Positions 34,758-48,895 of a DNA stretch of 64,000 bases are shown in pieces. The stretch comes from Eledone cirrhosa (lineage: Eukaryota), in the NCBI GenBank assembly GCA_964016885.1, contig OZ024742.1, forward strand, positions 336,412,001-336,476,000, read 5' to 3'. A program made the translations under genes and the position numbers. Each line of letters starts with the position of its first letter. The stretch's first letter is position 1. Under the pieces are notes generated by a model. It did no database searches. It had not been told where the DNA came from and saw only the letters and a list, made by a program, of their open reading frames with translations.

Positions 34758-35774
34758 ACACCCTCACGCACATACACATACATATGCTTGTATGCACTCT
34801 TACGCACTCACTCTCACGCACTCACACACACACAGACGCTCCCTCATATACAGGCTACTGCACATATGTCTAGATACTAATTGTAACAGGTACAGGAATT
34901 TATCTGCAGGCGTCACGTAACGAACTAAGTTAATTAAGGCAAGTTTATTAGTCGATTTATTAAAAACGAAAAAGCAAACAACAGGAAAAAATGACTGCTC
35001 TTTTCTGCTTGCTGCACGTAATGAGGTTTTAATGAAATATTATTGCAGATAAATTTCGTTAATTTGTCAAAGACTCTTGAGTTGAAAGAATTCAGTGAAT
35101 ATGGTGAACTATGCGAGTTTGTCTCCAGAACAAAAATATATGCCGACTGACGACTCGTTGAAGTCTTTAGTGTAATAGTAGCGGCAATAAAGGTTGTAGT
35201 AGTAATCCCTTGTGTTGACATAAGGCTTTGGTAAATGACACTTGTCCATATGAGATCGAACGTGGGACCTTTTTAAACAATCAGCCATGCCGTGTTCCCA
35301 TTTTTTTTAAAGCAAGGATATAAAATGACGTACAAAAAGTGTTAGCCAAATTACATTTCACGAGAAATTTTGTTTTATATTGAAAGAGCTTGAAAGGAAA
35401 TGAGATCCCGTGATACGCATTGTCCGGTGTAAATAATGTTTTCCCACTGAGTGAAATCTGTTGCCAAGAATTTTGTACAAGTTTCGTGTATTTAAATATA
35501 TGCTGTGATATACCTGATAATATTAATCTATCACATTGACCAAAGATATTGAGGGCTGGGTGGAGTTGTCGAGTACATCTAAATCGGTATATTGCTGGTA
35601 CTTAATTTATCGACGTCGGTACCCGGTCTTTCCATCCCAGAACGCTCACCCATCTGGAATTCCCTCCCAGCTCATATTTATTCTGTAGCCTTCAAATTGC
35701 AGTTGTTCAAAAGTATCAACTTCGTCGATCTTTCCAGTCTCGGGTGGCCTGGGTGTAGGATAGTGTGGGGTGTA

Positions 35775-36015
35775 GCATAGTGTAGTGTATGGTGTAGTAT
35801 AGTGTAGTGCAGTGTGTGGTGTAGTACAGTGTAGTGCAGTGTGTGGTGTAGTATAGTGTAGTGCAGTGTGTAGTATAGTGTACTGATGTGTAGTGTGTGG
35901 TGTAGTACAGTGTAGTGCAGTGTGTGGTGTAGTGTACTGATGTGTAGTGTGTGGTGTAGTATAGACTAGTGCAGTGTGTAGTGTAGTGTACTGATATGTA
36001 GTGTGTGGTGTAGTG
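35775..36015. repeat. (GTGTA)n-based pentamer satellite with higher-order repeats
   Basis: Repeated GTGTAGTGCAGTGTGTGGTGTAGTA units. Confidence 0.85.
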
Positions 36016-37004
36016 TCACACACGCTTTAACATAAGTCTAATATATAAAAATGTACATTCTTTGGAATAGTCAGTCAGATTTTCTCCCAGTTCTTGAGCG
36101 GAACTTGTTTCATTTCACTTCCGTTAATATAAATGGAATAGTCGACACTTGTGGAATTTGAAATCAAAACCGGAAGGAACATAACTAAACTACCACAAGA
36201 TATTCTGGACCACATACACGTCTATACTGCCCTACTCCATTCATTTTGACTGCGTAACTCAGCAGAGAACAATGTAACTCGGCTTGAAATACTTCCCTAT
36301 GTTTCACGGTTCGCTTGAATGTCAGATTGAAACTTACGGCTGTATCTCATTCTAATATTCTAATATTCTAATAATCCAATATTCAATATTTCAATATTAA
36401 AATATCTCCTCATTATCTCTTTCCGTTGTTCCAGTTTATTTTTTCTTATATTTCATGCCTCTTTGCATTTCTGCGCCTACAGTTTCATGTCAATTGAAAC
36501 GTTAATAAAGACAAACATGAAAGGAAGCGGAGAGCGGCAGAGATAGAATACCGGGGAAAATGCCTTGCGGTATTTAATTACGCCCTGTGTTTTTTATTTT
36601 TATTTTTATTATTTTTTTTTTTTACCTTACTGAGTTTGAATTCCGCCAAATCAAATTTCGCTGTAGTATTTCCAAAGTCGATGAAGTAGGTGCCAGCTAA
36701 GTATAAGATTCAATTAAATGAACCAAACGCAATTTTGGCGATTGTCCCTGTGTCACAAATAAAAAACGATTTACAACTTTTTGCCTTTGCATGTTGAGTT
36801 CGAATTTCGCTGGAGTCGATTTCGACTTTCACCTTTCCGATGATAATAAAATGAAGTACCAGCCAAGTATAAGCACCACCACTTCTACAGGACTAGAGGA
36901 CTAGAAATGTTTCATTCTATTACATCATCAGGATGCTCTGATGATTTCATACGAATGAAAATGTTCTAGTCCTGTAGAAGTCTTTTCTATATAAACACCG
37001 TTCG

Positions 37005-37088
<84 letters not shown>

Positions 37089-37260
37089 TATACATATATA
37101 CAAACACACACATATATACAAACACACACACACACACTCATATATATATATATATGTGTTTTAATGTGTTAAGTATTTTCGTAGAAAAGGTAAAGGAAAG
37201 AAGAGTGCTCTATGTGTAGTACAGAGCTATTTAATTACATAATAAACAACGCAATATAAT

Positions 37261-37334
37261 TATTCCATTACCAAAGGTTTCAGGAAACTCGACGATCCTT
37301 GCAGAAACGTCCAGCTCGTTCATCAGATGAAATA
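37261..37334 (-). ncRNA. Type I hammerhead ribozyme-like motif with a partly degenerate stem II
   Basis: Minus strand reads TATTTCAT-CTGATGA-[stem II]-GAAA-CCTTTGG-TA-ATGGAATA. Confidence 0.6.
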
Positions 37335-38272
37335 GTTATGTTTTGAATATAAGATTTGAAATTAACATCTATTAAAAATGAAAGTGAGGCTGAGTTAAAA
37401 TAACATCTTATAACGGAAAAGATATATATACAAGTACACACACATTTAAATATACATACATGCACACACATAAAAATACAGCGCGCATCTATACGTACAT
37501 CTAAATACACTCTTACATAGATATATAAACGCATCAACCACATACTCATACATATACATACTCATACATATACATACATACATCCATATATATATATATA
37601 GTAATGAGTTGACGGGCCCAGCATATTTATCAATGCCAGGACCGGTTGTATCTCAGCGTACTCAATAGGTAATGTAAGATACATTCCCAGAGTATAGAAA
37701 TAGTTATTCGCTTCAATACAACACACGTAAAACGGCTGCCTATAATAGTTCCTGGACTCGAGTTTCGGCCACATTTAATGCAGCAGTAGGGTGCACTGCA
37801 CCCTCTGTCTGCATATATTATGCAACAATGCATAATCGGCGTATGCGGCTTCATCAGTGTGTATCGCCTAATCAATAACCAATCGATCGACAGTATCCAA
37901 ACTCCAGCCCATGCCGGTCATGACCTGTTTGCGACAACCGACACGGTAAAGCGATTAGCAACTGGAATCCGATACAACTCAGCCCATCGACTAGCCACCG
38001 ATTTACAAACTTCACAAATCTTTGTTATATCTTTAAAGAGGCTATTTGCATAATTGCAATCGAATCGAATATTATTATTAATGAGGTTTACTTTGCCTTT
38101 CATCCTTACGGGGTCGATAAAAAAAGTACCAGTAATGCACTGGGTAATTTGCTGGCCTTGTGCCAAAAGTAGAATCAATTATTAATATTCGAAAAACTCA
38201 GAATGGCAAGGGCCGTAACTCTATGCGTCAAAGCATGGCGTCTGGCCCTCTACCGATACTGCTAATCCACCG

Positions 38273-38408
<136 letters not shown>

Positions 38409-38481
38409 ATGTGTATATATATACACATACATACATATGTATATAAAGAGAGAGAGAGAGAAAGATAGAATGAAAGAGATA

Positions 38482-38542
<61 letters not shown>

Positions 38543-38778
38543 AGTATGTATGTATACGTACATACATATATGTATACAGACGTACAGTATGTTGAACAAA
38601 AAGGTGACGTGGTTGCCTAAACACTGTACGGCGTAATTCGGGCTGTTTGTTTGTTTACAAACAAACAAGCCGAGCATTATAATAAATGTTCGGTAAACCG
38701 ATACGTGCAAATATATGTGTGCATGTATGTATATATATACATACTACTGTACGTCTGTATACATATATGTATGTACGT

Positions 38779-38831
<53 letters not shown>

Positions 38832-39360
38832 CAGGGTGTCCCCCTAAAATGTATGCACATTTTGATTACAATGCTGTTGAAGGATGTCACTTATTGCTTT
38901 CCATTGTCTTTTCATGTATCCAATATGCATTTGTAAAAATAGGTGGAAAGTTTCTGGTTTAAATGTTAAAAGAAGCCATTAAACATAAGGAGACTGAGAG
39001 ATGATGCAGGTAAAATAGAGCGTACTTTGTCTCGGCTGAGTTAGCAGATATTGCTATAACGAGCAGGAAAAAGATCAAATTAGGCTGTGATATTGAATTA
39101 GTCCTGCTACGATATGTTACCAGGTGATGTATAGACATTCCTATGAAGGTGTGCGCATATGTGTGTTGTTGTGTGCGTCCGTCTCTCTTCTCTCTCTATC
39201 TCTCTCTCTTTCTCTCTCTTTATCATTCTCTCTCTCTCTTTCACTCCCTCTCTCCCTCTCTCTCTCTATCTCTCTCTCTCTCTCTCTTTCTTTTTCACTC
39301 TCTCTCTCTCTCTCCCTGTCTATCTATCACACACACATATACATATAAATATATGTGCGA

Positions 39361-39412
<52 letters not shown>

Positions 39413-39907
39413 ATACATACATACATACGCGTATATAGTCATCCATTAAATATATTTTCAATTACATAATTAAGTAATGCATCTCAAAAAGGTTGAAACG
39501 TTTAATTAACTTATTACATTAACTACGCCAGCACAAAGACAGCACATGTAATCAGAAACAATACATTTACACACGCATGTACACTCGTTCACATACACAC
39601 AAACACACACCGTATCATACAGAGACACAGACGCACGCACACATACACACACAATAGTAGGCAAGCGTGCATTGTATCTTAGTTAGCCACACGTTATGAG
39701 TCACATGATAGACAGATCTGTGTATTAAAATAACTGTTAACAGTCGAACATTCCTTTAGTCCCTGGCAAATGGTGTTCCATAATAAGTCATCTTCAGAAC
39801 ATTGAAGCCATGTATAGACAGAGAACTCATTTGAGAGAAAATTAGAGTCATTATGGGGGATAGGGAATTATATGAGAGATAGACAACCTATATCGTTTTT
39901 ACTCTTC

Positions 39908-40019
<112 letters not shown>

Positions 40020-40153
40020 CCAACATTATCGCCGCACATTTATCCATCTGCCTTAACTTTTGAAAATCAGGAAACTTGTGAAACCGGTAAAATTATAAAT
40101 TATTGTAAACAAACTTCATTAAGAATTCCAATTTTATTTTCAACTTTTTTTCT

Positions 40154-40252
<99 letters not shown>

Positions 40253-41154
40253 AAGGCCACGACAATGCAAAATGGACGAACAAGAAAATAAGGCGAAGCA
40301 ACGAAGAAAGATGTTATGTGTTACCTTATTTATTTATCTGTCCTGATATTTCGAGATAAAATATATAGTTCAATGTTAAAAAAGGAAATGCCTTTGATTC
40401 GCAGCAATTTTCTATTTGGTTGGTATTGTACTTAGGAAGGATGATACAACAGTGATTTAGAGAAATGTCTAGGCGCACTTGTGAAAGAGTAATTAAAGCT
40501 GAGAGCAAAGACCAAACACCTCACCGAGTAGTAAATATGATAGTTGCTGGATGGTTGGGGTGGTTACAGCTGCATCTAGTTTGGTGTATTGGCTGCACGA
40601 TGGGCTGAGGAACCCATAGTTGCCTGGTACCATCAATGCTGCTTGACACCGCGATACAGTAGTTGGAAGGTGCCGAAATCATTATGACCTCCAGCTTAAT
40701 TAAGCAAAGATGGGATATGAATCAGTAATAAACAGATATGATTGAAATAGTCCGTGCACAGCAGGTTCGAAATGATTCGAACCTGTATCGATTTTCGAAT
40801 TAAAGAAAGTATCTTTATTGACTCTCTGATACGCCATAGCCTCTATTGCATGGCTTAAAAAGCAAAGCTTATTTAGTGACAGGTTAAATATACTAACAAT
40901 AATTATATTGGCTGTCATCTGTGTGTGGAGCATGCGGCCATGCGCACATGAATTCGCATTTATTATTGCCAGAGTTGCTAGAGTGTGGATACATCAAAGT
41001 ACCAGTCATGTACTGGAGTAAATATAATTGCTGGGGGGGTCGATAAAATAAAGCATCAGTGATGCAATGGGGTCGATTTAATCGACTTTCCCTTTCCCCA
41101 AAATTGCTGGCCTTGTGCCTATATTATGCAATATTATTATTATTATTGTTGTTA

Positions 41155-41380
41155 TGCGGTAGATTGGAGGTATCAGTTGAGCGTCGGACAACATGCTTTG
41201 CTGCATAGGGTTACGTCTCTTTACGATCTGAGTTCAAATCCTGCCGAGGTGAAATTTGCCTTTTAAATTATCCTTACGGGGTCGATAAAATAAAGTACCA
41301 GTAATGCACTGGGGTCGATTCAATCGACTTTCCCCTCCCCCAAAATTGCTGGCCTTGTGCCTAAATAAGAAACCATTATT
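41155..41380 (+). mobile_element. SINE of the same family as 21.3 kb, near full length. Further copies or fragments lie near 36.5-36.9, 38.1-38.3, 41.0, 44.9, 45.6, 47.3-47.5, 49.06-49.25, 49.64-49.79, 54.9, 55.6, 59.6 and 62.4-62.5 kb.
   Basis: Shared core and GGCCTTGTGCC tail ending in ATT repeats. Confidence 0.85.
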
Positions 41381-41504
41381 ATCATTGTTGTTGTTAAATC
41401 AGAAACATATATATATAGAGAGAGACAGAGAGAGAGAGAGAGAGAATCTCTTTCATTCTATCTTTCTCTCTCTCTCTCTCTTTATATACATATGTATGTG
41501 TGTG

Positions 41505-41556
<52 letters not shown>

Positions 41557-41603
41557 TATATATATATACACACATACATACATACATACACACACATACA
41601 TAC

Positions 41604-42533
41604 ATTGGCTCCCACTTTGAAGGATACGCTTTTACAATCAAGAACAGGAGATTAGCACGAAATACCTGATTCACAAAAGAGAGGGATGCAGGCAAAACAC
41701 CTAGATGTCATAACAAGTGCAGACTCTGCAGAACTAACATCGACGATATCACCCATGTCATCAGCAGCTGTCCAAAGATGTCATCGCGGTACTATCTACC
41801 TATGAGGCATGATGTAGTGGCCAAAACACTGTACAATGCAGTTCGTAAAAAAGATAGCCCCGATAATAAACACATTAAAAGCTACAACAATGTGGAAGAC
41901 ATCCATGTACATAATATGAAAGAGTACTGGTGGAATGTTCCAGTAAAAACCCCAATAAAATGCAGGCATAACAGACCATATATTATGATATGGGACAGAA
42001 AGCATGCACAGTAGTGGAAATTAGCTGCCCAGCAGATGCCAATATAATATCAAAGATTAGTGAAAAGGAGAATATTTATGCAGAACTGATGAGAAATCTG
42101 CAGATACTCCGCCCTGATTACACCTTCAGATTTATGCCTGTGATTATTGGGGCACTGGAATATGTTAGTAACTGCCTCAATACAAATCTTGAGAAGCTAG
42201 GCTTCACAGGAACAGAAAGAACACAACTAGTTAGGAAACTACAAGTACAATCCATTAATGGAACAGTAAAAATATGTAAAACATTCCAAAAATTTTGCAT
42301 CTAATAACTGCATATACACATGTACAGATACAAAGCATATACACATGCACACATACAACTCAAAACATCCACATCCACACATACAATAACATCCATATCT
42401 ACACATGCATGCATACATACATATCTACCTAGTTGATGTTGTGTAAATTCCAATGAGAGAGTCTTGTGTCTATGTTAGAAACCGACTCTCTCTCTATTGG
42501 TAAAACTTTGTGAAATTATAAAACCAGAAGAAC
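41604..42533 (+). mobile_element. Family C copy C2, 5'-truncated, in (CATA)n
   Basis: Reverse-complement match to about 24703-25618. Both flanks carry a CACACA-interrupted (CATA)n tract, which looks like a TSD. Confidence 0.9.
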
Positions 42534-42569
42534 ATACATACATACATACATACACACACACATACATAC

Positions 42570-42784
42570 TCACACGTCGCAGTCGTTATGAAATGCAACA
42601 TAGAGAGCAACTTCACACGACACCAGGAAGACCTAAAAAAAAGCTAGAGAGACGATTTGGATACAAAATTTAAAACTTTGAACTCCAAATTACACCAGTT
42701 GAAACAACAACTCACAGCTACAACAGAAAGACTAAAATATAAACGACAAGTGATAAATAGATTGTTTGCCAGAGATCCTAAATC
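42570..42784 (+). mobile_element. Internal fragment of a further Dong-like ORF (pre-RT region)
   Basis: LHQLKQQLTATTERLKYKRQVINRLFARDPK resembles the LKQ..A..R.Y...N.MF motif of families A and B. Confidence 0.5.
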
Positions 42785-43901
42785 ATGTCGCTTGAGCCCT
42801 CCTGCTGATTTACATTCTCTACCACATGCTTGGCAAGCATGATGAGTAGCATCTCCAACAGCAGCCTGGTAGTCAACCACTGGTCTTACTTTATGACTGC
42901 GAAGATGACTTTCGAGTCCAGCTTTGCTTAGACAGAGTCTCGCACATACGCTGCATGTCAGCACCATAGGAGGACCCTCGCCGTCTGGAAGTGTAACATC
43001 CCGCTTTACTTTCTCGTATGCGATTCGAGATGCCTCAAAGGCAACTTTTCCCTCATATACAGTCTTTCTCCATTTATTACGATCAGCAGCAATATTTTCC
43101 CATGTATCAGCAGAGATGTTAGCGTCTTTCAAAGAGGCTTTCAAGGAATCCTTATACCTCTTTTTTGGTTTATGTGGCGGTCGTTTTCCTTTCACCAACT
43201 CTCCATAAAAGAGTTGTTTTGGTATTCTAGAATCCTTCATCCTGGCAAGGTGACCACTCCAACGGAGTCGTTGCTTAAGCACAAGAGCTTCTATACTGTC
43301 ACACATAGAGCTTTCCAAAATCTCGACATCACTGATGTGGTCCCTCCAGTGAACGCCATGGATCCGTTTGAGACACATCTGATGGAAACGCTCCAATTGC
43401 TTAAGGTGGTGTCGATATGTGACCCAGGTCTCGCAGGCATAAAGAAGACAAGAGAGCACACATGCCTTGTACACCTTTACCTTTGTCCTCCTGCATATGT
43501 CTCGCCGACCCCAGAGTCGCCTTTCTAGCTTTCCGAAAGCATCACTTGCTTTCCTAATCCTAAGTGAGATTTCACTGTCAAGGTTGCTGTATCGATTGAC
43601 AGTGCTTCCCAGGTAGACAAACTGATCAACCACTCCAAGTCGTTTACCATACACATAGATATTTGGTTCAGTGTACTGCTTACCAGGGGCAGGTTGGTAC
43701 ATGTCGACGGTTTTCTTGAGACTGACAGTCAGACCTAGGGCAGTGCAAGCGTCAGAAAATGCATTCAAAATGTGCTGCATATCACTCTCTGTGTGCGCTA
43801 CAAGATCGCAATCATCTGCATACAAGAGGTCTCTTATGATTGATGTAAATACTTTTGTCTTTGCAGCAAAGCGCCTGATGTTAAATATGCTGCCTAAATC
43901 T
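42785..43901 (-). mobile_element. RTE (BovB-like) fragment: RT C-terminal half plus two C2H2-like fingers, abutting (CATA)n
   Basis: FNIRRFAAKTKV..DLLYADDC, YLGS, LRWSGHLARM..RIPKQLFYGEL and CSVCARLCLSKAGLESHLRSH. Confidence 0.9.
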
Positions 43902-43927
43902 ACATACATACATGCACACATACATAC

Positions 43928-43958
<31 letters not shown>

Positions 43959-44157
43959 TACATACATACATACATACATACATACATACATACATACATA
44001 CATACATACATACACACATACATACACACATACATACATACATACATACATACATACATACATACATACATACATGCATGCATGCATACATACATACATA
44101 CATACATACATACATACATACATACATACATACATACATACATACATACATACATAC
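43902..44157. repeat. Long (CATA)n microsatellite
   Basis: Read directly from the sequence. Confidence 0.97.
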
Positions 44158-46431
44158 AATATGAGACCTCCGTTAACTAGACAGAATCAGGTTAATGAAG
44201 ATGTAATGATGTGATGACAAAAATCGACCTCGACCAACACAAGAAATTCTAGAACATTATAATGCAGTGATAATATAGACAATATCGAAATCAAATTAAT
44301 AGATGTTTGTAATGCCACAAACAAATGAGATCACATAACGAGAAATCGTATATCATCTGGAAGAAAACTAGAACGTTGATTATATCTTTGCAAATGAAGC
44401 GGTAAAAATACTGTTGAAGCATATATATTGAAAATTGACTACGAACACCCAACGGAATTTGATTGTGTGAAAACATGGACACAAGAATAGAAGCGTGATT
44501 AAGAAGTTGTCTCTGCAGCCTCGAGATTTTCGATTCGATCTCACTACATACGGTTTCTTGTGCTTTCTGCCACAAGCCCCGATCGATCAATGCTTCTAAG
44601 TGCTTTCTGCCATAGACCCCGATCGACCAATGCTTTGTAAGTGGAATTTGGCAGATGAAAACTACATAGACCCCTGTTGGACGGACAGTCCTTGTTCTTG
44701 GATAGTCGTAGAGGTGTACTCATCCACCGTATCAGTGCTCATTTTGTGATGGCGTAAACAGTGGGGGTGGATAGTTGAAAATGTGGATTGCCACAATCAA
44801 GTCGAATCTTAAACTAATATATTGTCCTCACATATATGGTGCCTGCCGTTCGAATCGTGTCAGGCTGTGGGTTATGAGAATCGTTAGAGTGCTGGACAAA
44901 TTCATAGGTATTTGTTCCAAATCTTTGCGTTCTGAGTTCAAATTCCACCAAGCTCAAAGTTGCCTTTCGTCCTTTGAGGGGTCGATAAGATTAGAAATCA
45001 GTATTTGTACCAACTCTTTGTGCTTTGAATTTCCAGAGATCAACTCTGGGCATCATGAATTCGAAGCGAGATAAAATAAAATAGCAATATATGGCGAGGA
45101 ATTGGGGGATTAGTTTGAACGCCGGACGAGAATCCTTGCGATATTTGCTCCGGTCCTTTGAGTACCGAGTTCAAATTTTGCCTACCAATTAAAAAGACTA
45201 ATCAAGCTAATCACCCGATCTCGAAACCACAACTCATTATTGAATGCTGCAATGGTGAAGGAGGATTGTACTTGTCTGCTACTGCAGTCGAACGATTATA
45301 CTGATGATGATGATAATAATAAGTCAACATAGGCACTGTTGGAACATGTTTGAGTGTGTGTCTACTTGATATAACCTAACCTGGGGCTAAAGAATAAGAG
45401 CTTAATGATTTGATGACTCAGGGAGAGGACCTTCACGACATCGTTTATACTTCTATCAATTCACACCACATAGAGAAAGGCCCCTCAACTCCTGTTTCAG
45501 TAGTAAAGACGCCCTCCTGACACACAGTGTGTCTTGAACATTTAAAACCTGGTAGAGCCCATGCCAGGTCAGAACGCAGGTGATTTCTTCTAGGGAATCA
45601 GAGAGAGAAAGAATAGATTACACCATTGATTGGACTGGTACTTCATTTATCAACCTGGATGAAAGTCAAAGTTGACCTCAGCGAGATTTGAACTCAGGAC
45701 ACAGTGAACCAGAACAATTACCTCAAACCTTTCTATTAGACGCCTTAATGACACTACTAATTCGTGACTTTTAATTCACACCCTACAGTCTTAAAATAGA
45801 AAAGAGAGATTAGATAAAGTAGTCTCATATACACTATATCTGGAAAAAGACCGGGTGGTCACAGTTGAATCATATTTCATCATATGTCTACTAGACCAAG
45901 AATAACCTCTTGGACCAGGCAAAAATATTAACAAGAACAACAAATAATCATCAATGACAGAGCCTCTACATGGTCACCTGATTTTTTAGAAAAACGAAAA
46001 CATAAAATCTCCCACAAATTACACTATAAAAAAAAAGACACATTAGACAATGTTGTTCTGCATACACTATACCTGGAAAATGGACGAGATAATCACGGCT
46101 GGAATGCCTCAGATCATATATCTGCTCATTTAGAGCTGACCTATGGCAAAACAGAAACAACCAATGAGGGGATAAGCAAACTCAACCCCTTCCTACTAGA
46201 AGATGTCGAAAATTATCGTTCATTTTTTTTTCTATATATCTCTCGTTAACCGCCATATTGTCCACGATATCTGTAGATTACTGACTGACTGGGTTGTCCT
46301 TTTTACACCGTTAGATATTCACCTAACTACACATAATATATGTATGTGTGTGTATGTATATATATATATATGTGTATTGATATGGGTGCATGCATGTATC
46401 TATACCTGTATATATGCATATGTATGTCTCT

Positions 46432-46599
<168 letters not shown>

Positions 46600-47937
46600 A
46601 TATATAAATATATATATAAAGAGAGAGAGAAATAGGGAAGAAAATATATATATTAAATAAATCATCTTGTAGAATAGAGTTCCTAATTAGATTGTGAGCA
46701 AAATTACGTAACCCACCATATAGCATGAGAATTAATTAGGGAAGTATTAATTAGGTCTCATGCTTCTCTTTGAATGAAACTGATTACTTATTCGTATATG
46801 CACACAGACCCCCCCCCCCCCCACACACACACACACACACAAATATATATATACATATATATATATGAGAGGAGAAAGTGAAAAACGGAAGAAATATATC
46901 ATCTGGTAATGGCCATTTTTGTAGTAAATTTATAAGGATAATTATATAGTATACGTTATAGAAAATATGGTATCTAATGAATTAGACTTCAACAGCGTAA
47001 AACTTTCCATTTGCTTAACTGTCGGAGCCATATGTGCTCTCCATTTCTCTCCAGGTTATATCCTTACGGCTGTTTTCGATCAATACTAGACGTATATATT
47101 ATATAATGTGAAATAATTCATATGTTTTACATGCTGTGTTAATATAATTTTCCCAGTTTATTAGTAAATTACTGTGTTTGCCAACTTTGTTTTTTTTGTA
47201 AAAAGGAAAGGAACCAATCGTCAGATCGGATCAAAGAAAATAGTTTCCATAGCTGATACTATCTACTGATACTATCTCCTGCTAACAATTCCTTGTTGAA
47301 GCGTCACTAGTTTTCCGGTGACATGGGGCGTAATTTGAACTCAAAACGCACAAAACAAAGCCTGAGAGATACCACAAAGCATCTTGTGCTACTCTTTAAG
47401 TTTTCCGACAATCCACCGACCATAGATTATTTTCTTTTTCTATTTATTGACTCCGAAAAGGTGAAAGGCAAATTTGACTTTCGCGGGATTTGAGCGATGG
47501 ATTACGTCTATTTCGCTCTGACGACTCTGCCAAGTAGCTGACCGCCTAGCTAAATTACCCGGATACTTACTGCTGCTCTTATCTTTTACTTTTGTTTTGT
47601 AAACGTAGTGGCGGTAACCCTCGCTCGACGTAATATAATTTTGCTCGTCATTTTAGAAGGCGCCATGGAGCTCCATATGACCCTCTGGTGTAAACATACC
47701 CAGTCGTGGCTGTGCCATTAAGAATGACACTTACCAATCACGTGGTTCTGGTTTCGATGCAAATTTGCGGCACTCATCACAATGTATAGATAGACTGTCC
47801 CTGCTGTAGACGTAATTCATCGCCCCTTTTATACCCACACCTGGCACTTAGGTACTTTTAACGGAGTCCAATTTTTTTGCAAGCCTTTATTATTTTTCTC
47901 CCATCAGCCTTGTTGCCGTGACTAAGTCAGGGAAAAT

Positions 47938-47979
<42 letters not shown>

Positions 47980-48698
47980 GGGGGGGGGTTTGTGTGTGTG
48001 TGTAGTATGATATATATATGCGTGTGTGTTTGTTTTTGTTTTTTTTGTGTGAATGCATGTGTATAAAAAATTATTGATGAACCAACCATATTTCCCCATA
48101 ATCCTTTCCATTATCATGACCTTCCCCACGACCATCATCGAGTACCATCAACACCACCAGCACCACAACCAACTATATCAATGTTTGACCTTGTGCTAAA
48201 ATATTAGATCGTATTTTGCTTTTTAAAACTAGGTTACAACGAATATTCTACTAACTATATTAACATTAAATTAACATTATGAAAAATAATTAAAATTAAG
48301 AAATGAGATAATGCAAAAAAAATTTAAAATGTACAAATCAAAAAAATACAAATGTAGAAATTCGGAAAGAAAATTTTTTCTGTTTTTTTTTTAAAAAGAA
48401 ATACTAAAGAAATTTGAAAAATGTGGCAAAATATATTTTTAATGCCAAATGTTTAAAAAAAACGCCTCGTAAAGTGAAGTAAAAAAAAATATTTTCGTTT
48501 TGCTTCTAACAGAGCTTATTAATTTAATTGGTAGGATTGGTGTTTCCCTAATTTGTAATGACTTTGTTAATGATATACAGGTGAATGATGTTGATATTAT
48601 TGTTGTTGTTCTGGTGGTGGTGATGGTGATGGGTTGTCGTAGTAGTGGTTGTTATTGGTGGCGTTTGTATTTGTTACGGTGGTGGTGGTGGTGCTGAC

Positions 48699-48895
48699 GG
48701 TGTTATTGGCGTTGATGGTATTGGTGGCGGTGGTGGTGGTATTATTGGCGTTAATGGTACTGGTGGTGGTGGTGGTGGCGGTGTTATTGGCGTTGATGGT
48801 ACTGGTGGTGGTGGTGGTGGCGGTATTATTGGCGTTGATGGTACTGGTGGTGGTGGTGGTGGTGGTGGTATTATTGGCGTTGATGGTACTGGTGA
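48699..48895. repeat. ~36-42 bp GGT-rich minisatellite, about 5 units
   Basis: Repeated GGTRTTATTGGCGTTGATGGTACT(GGT)n. Confidence 0.85.

Noticed and set aside
35620-35745. CR1/L2-like 3' remnant (IWNSLPAH)
   Set aside because: Too short and degenerate to call with confidence.
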